Shown piece by piece: positions 46,151 to 51,586 of a stretch of 64,000 nucleotides of DNA. The notes beneath the pieces were generated by a model. That model searched no databases, had not been told where the DNA came from, and was given only the letters and a program-made list of their open reading frames with translations. This DNA is from a virus (Duplodnaviria; Caudoviricetes): positions 352,001 through 416,000 of IMG/VR virus record IMGVR_UViG_3300049988_000286; one strand, given 5' to 3'. The position numbers and the translations under genes are program-made. Positions within the stretch are counted from its first letter, which is position 1. The number at the start of each line of letters is the position of its first letter.

Positions 46151-46408
46151 TCAACGCCAATCGCCCATGTCGAACACGCGACCGAGATAGATACGGACAA
46201 TCTCGTAATCACGCTCACGGATGATCACGCAATAAAGACCGGGCGCGTTTCCGAGATCATCATCCCGAAGCTTTCCTAGAATCGCACGACTGCCCTTGAG
46301 CCAAGATGGTAGACCGCCTTTCCACAACATCCCAACATCGTTGGCGCGGCACCATCGGGCGAACGGGACGATCCCCGCCTTGATCATGATTCTTCGGTTC
46401 ACACGCAC
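46151..46408 (-). CDS. paralog family B protein
   Basis: RWCRANDV and IIRERDYEIVRIYLG motifs. Confidence 0.7.
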   Translation of the reverse strand: MRVNRRIMIKAGIVPFARWCRANDVGMLWKGGLPSWLKGSRAILGKLRDDDLGNAPGLYCVIIRERDYEIVRIYLGRVFDMGDWR

Positions 46409-46638
46409 ACCAGATTGCCACCAAGGTATTCCCGCACGGCTTTGAGGTCACGATCCCGGATGATATAAGCACGGATGAGCAACACGTGACCCGCAAATTC
46501 GTAACCGTGCCAGCGACGCGATCCTACGCGGGTCACCACGAACGGATCAAGGGTTTTATATTCCCAGAGGATTGGTATGCGCATCGCCCGGCACCAAACC
46601 ATCAAGGACGGTGGCCGCGCTTGCGTGATGACCCTCAT
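46399..46638 (-). CDS. paralog family B protein
   Basis: VWCRAMRIPI and IIRDRDLKAVREYLG motifs. Confidence 0.7.
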   Translation of the reverse strand: MRVITQARPPSLMVWCRAMRIPILWEYKTLDPFVVTRVGSRRWHGYEFAGHVLLIRAYIIRDRDLKAVREYLGGNLVCV

Positions 46639-46665
46639 CGAAGCACCCTCAAATTACACAGATAG

Positions 46666-46758
46666 AGGGTAAGGAGGTCGATCCGTGATTGCCTTGAATT
46701 ATATTGCACCGAAGAGGAGGATGCGGCACTGATCAAGCTGGCTTTCGAGGGTATGTAA
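46666..46758 (+). pseudogene. start-less family A C-terminal remnant
   Basis: ...ELYCTEEEDAALIKLAFEGM* after an in-frame TAG. Confidence 0.4.
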
Positions 46759-46858
46759 TGTTCTGGGTTCTTTGCGAGAACGACGACGATCAGGACGACC
46801 CGAACGTCGTGTTCGACACAGATGGCAGTTTGGCTGTCTTTACAGATGCGGAGGCCTG

Positions 46859-46996
46859 ATGAAGCTATGTTGGATGGGGATTCATCGCTACATGACATGG
46901 TGGCCCCCATATCTAGATCATAAGGTTGTTCAGCAGCCACAATGGACTTCATGTCGTTATTGCGGCAAATGGAAAAGACGCTACACGGTAAAGTGA
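46859..46996 (+). CDS. 45-aa Cys/His zinc-binding peptide
   Basis: MKLCWMGIH...CRYCGK; GGAGG SD. Confidence 0.55.
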   Translation: MKLCWMGIHRYMTWWPPYLDHKVVQQPQWTSCRYCGKWKRRYTVK

Positions 46997-47178
46997 ACGG
47001 CATGGCGTCAAAGCCGTCCCCACCACCGCCCTCCTTTGTCATGCGATTGTTCTGTGAATACGCGAAAAATCTCCATTGATGTGCTGTCCCGCTCGCACAA
47101 TCATGCAGATGGGAACTGCATTACGCCGCCCCCATTCGAGCACATCTATGAGCGAACAATCGACTTCGATGATCCGGT

Positions 47179-47430
47179 TCATCGCACCACCTCCACTGAT
47201 CCCACATACAGGGTAAGTAGGTCGAAGTCACGATCGCGGACGATGATCCGGTAGGAACGTGATATCCGCGAGAACTTACTATAGCGAGCGAGGATGCGCC
47301 GCGACCCAATCGTCTTCAATTCCGGATTATAATTTAGACGCGGCACATAGAGCAATGCCGGAACGCCAGCGCTGCGGCACCATTCCATCAGGGTGACGAG
47401 GGGAGCGTGGACCTTGATGAGACGGTTCAT
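47179..47430 (-). CDS. paralog family B protein
   Basis: EWCRSAGVPA and IIVRDRDFDLLTLYVG motifs. Confidence 0.7.
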   Translation of the reverse strand: MNRLIKVHAPLVTLMEWCRSAGVPALLYVPRLNYNPELKTIGSRRILARYSKFSRISRSYRIIVRDRDFDLLTLYVGSVEVVR

Positions 47431-47666
47431 CCATCCATCCCGTTCAACCGTAGAGCGACCTCCTCCGGGGTTCCCAACACGTTGTAGTCCTCCCCCACCT
47501 CCATGACGATCTGGGTAACGCCCGCATCGTATTCCAAGATGGATACGACATGCCGGGGATTGACCCAAACGTTGCCCACGCCCTGCCACGCACCCCACTG
47601 CGCACCGGCCTGCGGCAGTGTAGTGGGGAGACGCTGACGAGCGGCTCGTATGAACGGTATGAACAT
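47427..47666 (-). CDS. small FlbD-like protein
   Basis: WVNPRHVVSI...TQIVM..GEDYNV..TPEEV. Confidence 0.55.
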   Translation of the reverse strand: MFIPFIRAARQRLPTTLPQAGAQWGAWQGVGNVWVNPRHVVSILEYDAGVTQIVMEVGEDYNVLGTPEEVALRLNGMDG

Positions 47667-47735
47667 CCCCCGTGTATGCGCGCGCGGAGACGGGGGTGCA
47701 ATAAAGGCTTCCGGGGATCGATAGTTTGGGGAGGG

Positions 47736-47811
47736 TGGTGCCCACTGACCGACTTGCACGGTCCATCTCCGGGTTACAAATCCGGCACAGCGCTATCTCT
47801 GTTTAGCGGGC
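47736..47811 (-). tRNA. tRNA-Thr(UGU), atypical elbow
   Basis: GCCCGCT/AGTGGGC acceptor, TTTGTAA loop, T-loop TGCAAGT, D-loop lacks GG, CCA. Confidence 0.8.
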
Positions 47812-47819
47812 AGAAGCAA

Positions 47820-47907
47820 TGGCGGGCGAGGTGGGATTCGAACCCACGGAACCTTGCGGTTCGTCACGTTAGCAGTGTGGTGGTTTCGGCCTCTCACCCA
47901 CTCGCCC
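47820..47907 (-). tRNA. tRNA-Ser(GCU)
   Basis: CTGCTAA loop, long variable arm, TTCGAAT T-loop, CCA; weak anticodon stem. Confidence 0.85.
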
Positions 47908-47922
47908 GTATTCTATAGCTGA

Positions 47923-48010
47923 TGGTGGAATCGGTGGGATTCGAACCCACGGAACCTTGCGGTTCACTCGCTTTCCAAGCGAGCCCGATCGGCCACTCTG
48001 GCACGATTCC
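47923..48010 (-). tRNA. tRNA-Ser(GGA)
   Basis: CTCGC-TTGGAAA-GCGAG anticodon arm, long variable arm, CCA. Confidence 0.95.
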
Positions 48011-48023
48011 ATATCAGAAACTC

Positions 48024-48113
48024 TGGAGGAGCCGACCCGATTCGAACGGGTGAGACCTTGCGGTCTGCTCGTTTTCAAGACGAGTGCGTTAAACCGGGCT
48101 CCGCCACGGCTCC
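48024..48113 (-). tRNA. tRNA-Ser(UGA)
   Basis: CTCGT-CTTGAAA-ACGAG anticodon arm, long variable arm, CCA. Confidence 0.95.
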
Positions 48114-48114
48114 T

Positions 48115-48483
48115 TTATGTCAGACCAAGTTCCTGCATGTCAACCGAAGGAACGGTCCAATTCTTTATCCTTTTACCCCAGATGGCCTTCATCCTCGGTA
48201 AAGTGAGGGGCTCGATCCGAAGAGCGCCGCAATCAGCACCCAAGTAGTCCGCAAGAAACTCATCTCGCGACTGGCGTAATCCTCGTGCATCACCGAAAAC
48301 ATCCTCGCCGAACATGACACCAACATGTCGCGGAACAGTGTCCCAAACATCGTCGAAGATTCCTACTAGGGTTCCGCCATGAAGATCGTGCAGCGTCGCC
48401 GCCATCACCATGCATTCACCGCGTTGATAACGCTCTAGCGCCGACCTGTCATCATCGAAAGCGTCGATCTCAAAAATTCGCAT
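48115..48483 (-). CDS. late gene with papain/transglutaminase-like triad; paralog of 23927-24361
   Basis: MRIFEI start; GECMVMA, PRHVGV and FGDARG motifs. Confidence 0.7.
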   Translation of the reverse strand: MRIFEIDAFDDDRSALERYQRGECMVMAATLHDLHGGTLVGIFDDVWDTVPRHVGVMFGEDVFGDARGLRQSRDEFLADYLGADCGALRIEPLTLPRMKAIWGKRIKNWTVPSVDMQELGLT

Positions 48484-48487
48484 CTGG

Positions 48488-48493
48488 TATTTA
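48488..48493 (-). promoter_or_regulatory. late promoter TAAATA
   Basis: 4 nt to ATG 48483. Confidence 0.75.
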
Positions 48494-48582
48494 GTGGTGC
48501 CCTCGGAAGGAATCAAACCTTACGTTTCCGACGTACCAAGTCGGCGTTCTATCATTGAACTACGAGGGCGTAGTTGTTAAAC

Positions 48583-48741
48583 CTATAAATCGATTGAAGG
48601 GTCGATCGTCCCCGCACGGGCGAGCAGATCATCTACCCACCGTCGCTCCTCAATCTCACGCTTGATCTCTTCGATCGCTACGCGTGCGGTCTCGGCATCC
48701 ATGTCGCCGACATCGATGTAATGGATTGTGCGCTCGGTCAC
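48583..48741 (-). CDS. 52-aa protein (not in the supplied ORF track)
   Basis: GTG start overlaps the upstream stop; MTERTIHYIDVGDMDAETA... Confidence 0.55.
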   Translation of the reverse strand: MTERTIHYIDVGDMDAETARVAIEEIKREIEERRWVDDLLARAGTIDPSIDL

Positions 48742-48941
48742 GGGTTCTTCTTCAACTGGCGCTGCAACTGTTCGCCGATGCCGCGAATGGTATCCGCGCC
48801 GGAATAGAGGATCGTCGTCTGCTCACCATTGCTGTGCAGCCAAGTCACCAGTGTAGAGTCCTCGGTGACGAAGTTGGCGTTCTCGATGTAGGCGTCTTCC
48901 AGCGCCTCGAAGACGGTCTTGGTAGGGGCGATATTTGTCAT
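48738..48941 (-). CDS. hypothetical protein
   Basis: AAGGGGG SD. Confidence 0.65.
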   Translation of the reverse strand: MTNIAPTKTVFEALEDAYIENANFVTEDSTLVTWLHSNGEQTTILYSGADTIRGIGEQLQRQLKKNP

Positions 48942-48978
48942 CCCCCCTTATACCTCGACGGGTCGCCGCGCGGCAATA

Positions 48979-49281
48979 TTAAGCCGTGGTGCGACCAGCG
49001 AACATCGTTGAGCAGAGGACGAAACCGGTCTCGTCATCCAGCATAACGGCGATGCGATCATGCTCAACCACAACGACCGAGTGGAAGATCGCATTCTCGT
49101 GGCACCACCGCTCCATCTCTACGGAGAGGGGCGTGGCACCATCGCCAGTAAGGCCGATCATCAGGCGCTCCGCGTTGAACGTGATCTCGACCGACAGAGG
49201 AGTGTAGAAAGCCCTTGCCGACAACATCTTGTTGATCACCGCATCGACGCTTTGATTCCAGAGATGCGCTTTCGATTTCAT
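48979..49281 (-). CDS. paralog family A-like protein
   Basis: RWCHEN and VMLDDETGFVLCSTMF motifs; TTGACA promoter. Confidence 0.65.
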   Translation of the reverse strand: MKSKAHLWNQSVDAVINKMLSARAFYTPLSVEITFNAERLMIGLTGDGATPLSVEMERWCHENAIFHSVVVVEHDRIAVMLDDETGFVLCSTMFAGRTTA

Positions 49282-49305
49282 CCCCGGTTGGTAATCATGC
49301 GCGAA

Positions 49306-49803
49306 CTATTTGTCAAGGTTTTTCCGGCGGTGCCAATGCTCCTCCATGTGGCAAGTTGGACAAAGGAATTCGAGGTTTGCCATTTCATCAGAACCACCCT
49401 TCGATCGCTCTACAATGTGGTGAACCTGAACAATCTCCGGAATCTTCTCATAGGAACAACGTTCGCATCGTTCCGCACCTTTGAACTCAATCAGCCTAGA
49501 CCTTATTGAGGCGTGTTTTACAACGGCGCTCTTCAGGGGTTTACCTGTCTGTTTATAGTTTATACCGGCACGATGTTTGTTTGAACAGCGTTTGGAGCAG
49601 GTGACACGACTAGCCGCCCCCATGAAGGTCTCTTGGCACACAGGGCAGAGTTTTGGCTTTGAACAGTGTTGTCCAAAGCACGCTCGACTACAGAATACAC
49701 CCACTTTGTCGGTGCCCATACGAGATGGTCGGCGATAAATCGCTTTGCTGCAAACAGAACATTCCGTGTTTGGTGGCGATATGTAACCGGGCTTACTAGG
49801 CAT
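49306..49803 (-). CDS. HNH homing endonuclease
   Basis: CERC...VHHI...GG...NL..LCPTCH plus N-terminal CxxC/CSxxC repeats. Confidence 0.85.
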   Translation of the reverse strand: MPSKPGYISPPNTECSVCSKAIYRRPSRMGTDKVGVFCSRACFGQHCSKPKLCPVCQETFMGAASRVTCSKRCSNKHRAGINYKQTGKPLKSAVVKHASIRSRLIEFKGAERCERCSYEKIPEIVQVHHIVERSKGGSDEMANLEFLCPTCHMEEHWHRRKNLDK

Positions 49804-49851
49804 ACTCTGCAAGGTATGCTAATTTCGCCCGGCAGAGCGATATTAAAATGA

Positions 49852-49941
49852 TGGCGGAGGGCCGAGGACATGCTCCCCACACGATTGCCCGTGCGTTCGG
49901 TTTTCGAGGCCGACCCAGCGCGCTTGTCTGGTTGACCCTCC
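49852..49941 (-). tRNA. tRNA-Ser(CGA), atypical elbow
   Basis: GGAGGGT/GCCCTCC acceptor, CTCGAAA loop, long variable arm, T-loop AGCATGT, CCA. Confidence 0.75.
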
Positions 49942-49954
49942 GTAACTGTAATCT

Positions 49955-50305
49955 CTATGCCATATTCGGCAAGTTAGGCGCAATCGGGCACCGCGATATC
50001 CTTACCAGAAAGTATCGCGCAGCCACCAAAGCTTTGAGCCGAACCTTGATCGGGACATCCGTCTTCTTGGCGACGCGGAGGCATCGAGCCACGAAATGAA
50101 TATCGGCGATATGTTGGCGACGACGCTTGTCCGCTGCATCGCCGCGATAACTCTTGTCATACTCGCAGTCATGCTTGAAGCACGCTTTGTCGAGTTCATC
50201 GATGGGAGCGCCGCCGCAATTACCCGGCCCGCAATAGTTGCCATGGAAGCGGATGAAGCGCTTCGTTGGTGCTAATGGGGCTTCGAACAGATGGCGGCTG
50301 CGCAT
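49955..50305 (-). CDS. phospholipase A2-like late protein with internal-protein-like N-terminus
   Basis: MRSRHLFEA start; YCGPGN Ca-loop, DKACFKHDCEY (HD) and ADIHF motifs. Confidence 0.8.
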   Translation of the reverse strand: MRSRHLFEAPLAPTKRFIRFHGNYCGPGNCGGAPIDELDKACFKHDCEYDKSYRGDAADKRRRQHIADIHFVARCLRVAKKTDVPIKVRLKALVAARYFLVRISRCPIAPNLPNMA

Positions 50306-50309
50306 CTGT

Positions 50310-50315
50310 TATTTA
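50310..50315 (-). promoter_or_regulatory. late promoter TAAATA
   Basis: 4 nt to ATG 50305. Confidence 0.75.
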
Positions 50316-50413
50316 CACTGGCTTGACGGAGTTTGCACCGCAAGGTGTTGGCGTACCGTGGCACCCAGATCGTCGTGAAGAGACCTCCTCTTACCGGAGC
50401 CGACGATCAACCA

Positions 50414-50590
50414 TTACATTTCGTATAGGACTACCGTCCAATCTCGATCATCGAAGTGGTAGCGGCGGTAGTGGACTTGTCCGAAGAGTCCATCGATCCC
50501 GTCGATGTAATCACCGCTATTGGGAACGGTGGGCATGTCGCGCTCACCAAGTATGCGATTGTCGGCATCGCGGAAGATGACGCGGTTCAA
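50414..50590 (-). CDS. 58-aa protein coupled to rpsU (not in the supplied ORF track)
   Basis: TTG start overlaps the rpsU TGA; MNRVIFRDADNRILG... Confidence 0.55.
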   Translation of the reverse strand: MNRVIFRDADNRILGERDMPTVPNSGDYIDGIDGLFGQVHYRRYHFDDRDWTVVLYEM

Positions 50591-50787
50591 CGATCGCGTT
50601 CCGCTCGCTGACGATCGGCTTTCCTCGATCGCTTGACCGCAGCGGCGCGAGCCTTGGCCTTAACTTCGCTGGGCTTCATGTAGTGGGCGCGCTGTTTCAT
50701 TTCACGCAGGATGCCCTCGCGCTGCATCTTGCGCTTCAAGACCTTCAAGGCCTTGTCCATATTCCCGTCCTGAACCGCTACCCGCAT
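50587..50787 (-). CDS. rpsU: ribosomal protein bS21
   Basis: DKALKVLKRKMQREGILREMKQRAHYMKPSE matches alphaproteobacterial bS21; AAGGA SD. Confidence 0.9.
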   Translation of the reverse strand: MRVAVQDGNMDKALKVLKRKMQREGILREMKQRAHYMKPSEVKAKARAAAVKRSRKADRQRAERDR

Positions 50788-50844
50788 TGTGTGATCCTTT
50801 CGGAGACGGGCTAGCTGGGAGTTCGGACGAGGGCAAGAGGGAAG

Positions 50845-50920
50845 TGGAGCCCGAGGTCGGGATTGAACCGACGACCTGTCCCTTACGAGGGGACTGCAAC
50901 TACCACTGTGCTACTCGGGC
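50845..50920 (-). tRNA. tRNA-Thr(CGU)
   Basis: GTCCC-CTCGTAA-GGGAC anticodon arm, TTCAAT T-loop, CCA. Confidence 0.9.
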
Positions 50921-50969
50921 GTGTGAAGGGTTGACAGGGGCTATGCCCCTAGAAGAAAAAATCGGTGAC

Positions 50970-51045
50970 TGGCAGGAGCGCCGAGACTCGAACTCGGAAC
51001 CTACGGGATTGGAAGCCGGTGCTCTACCAATTGAGCTACACTCCT
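50970..51045 (-). tRNA. tRNA-Trp(CCA)
   Basis: A1-U72 and G73 identity elements, TTCCAAT loop; anticodon stem has only 3 pairs. Confidence 0.75.
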
Positions 51046-51052
51046 ACAGTCA

Positions 51053-51126
51053 TGGTTGGCACGGGTGGTAATGCTCCACCGTCTCGGCTTTATCAGAACC
51101 TTGCTCTACTTTTGAGCTACGCGCCA
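51053..51126 (-). tRNA. tRNA-Ile(GAU), atypical elbow
   Basis: CTGATAA loop, T-loop AGCATTA, D-loop AAAAGTA, CCA. Confidence 0.8.
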
Positions 51127-51156
51127 TCAGTGACAGACAACCGGTCTGTCAGCGGG

Positions 51157-51232
51157 TGGTGGTGACGGCTGGGCTCGAACCAGCGACATACGCGTCATCA
51201 ACACGTCGTTCTTCCAACTGAACTACGCCACC
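51157..51232 (-). tRNA. tRNA-Ile(GAU) with G37
   Basis: ACGTG-TTGATGA-CGCGT anticodon arm, canonical D and T arms, CCA. Confidence 0.85.
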
Positions 51233-51237
51233 ACATT

Positions 51238-51525
51238 GAGCGTCGCCCGAGACTCATCGACGATGTGCGCACCGCTCCCGTGGGATGTGCGATCTCGTCG
51301 GGTCGTACGTCGGGCGACGACTCCAAACTATCAATCCGGGGAAGCTGCTTCCAAGCGCGTGCTTCATGTCAAAGAGCCCCTGTGGAGGGCGCTTCGGCAG
51401 ATGTTGCTTGGAGAAGGGGACTTCAGGTGTCCCGAACCTCAACCAATACCCGCCTAGAACGGGTATGGCAAACCACCCCGCTCACCCGAAGGTGATCGAC
51501 CAACTAATCGTGGTTGAGGAGGTTG
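51238..51525 (-). ncRNA. candidate multi-domain structured RNA at the head of the tRNA operon
   Basis: Three nested inverted-repeat domains and a cUUCGg tetraloop on the minus strand; no credible ORF. Confidence 0.55.
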
Positions 51526-51540
51526 TCGTGTTCATGCTTT

Positions 51541-51572
51541 TATTTATACCGAAGGGGTCGCCGGGCTGTCAA
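51541..51572 (-). promoter_or_regulatory. overlapping sigma70 (TTGACA...TATAAA) and T4-type late (TATAAATA) promoter
   Basis: TTGACA at 51572-51567; TATAAATA at 51548-51541. Confidence 0.75.
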
Positions 51573-51576
51573 CACC

Positions 51577-51582
51577 TAAATA
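51577..51582 (+). promoter_or_regulatory. late promoter TAAATA
   Basis: 4 nt to ATG 51587. Confidence 0.75.
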
Positions 51583-51586
51583 CAGC

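Noticed and set aside
47036-47254. ORFs between 46996 and 47179, and 42390-42593
   Set aside because: No clear start signals or family motifs; left unannotated.
50970-51045. Reading this tRNA as Gly(UCC)
   Set aside because: That register removes nt 26 and pairs worse. A1-U72, G73 and a 5-nt variable loop fit Trp(CCA).
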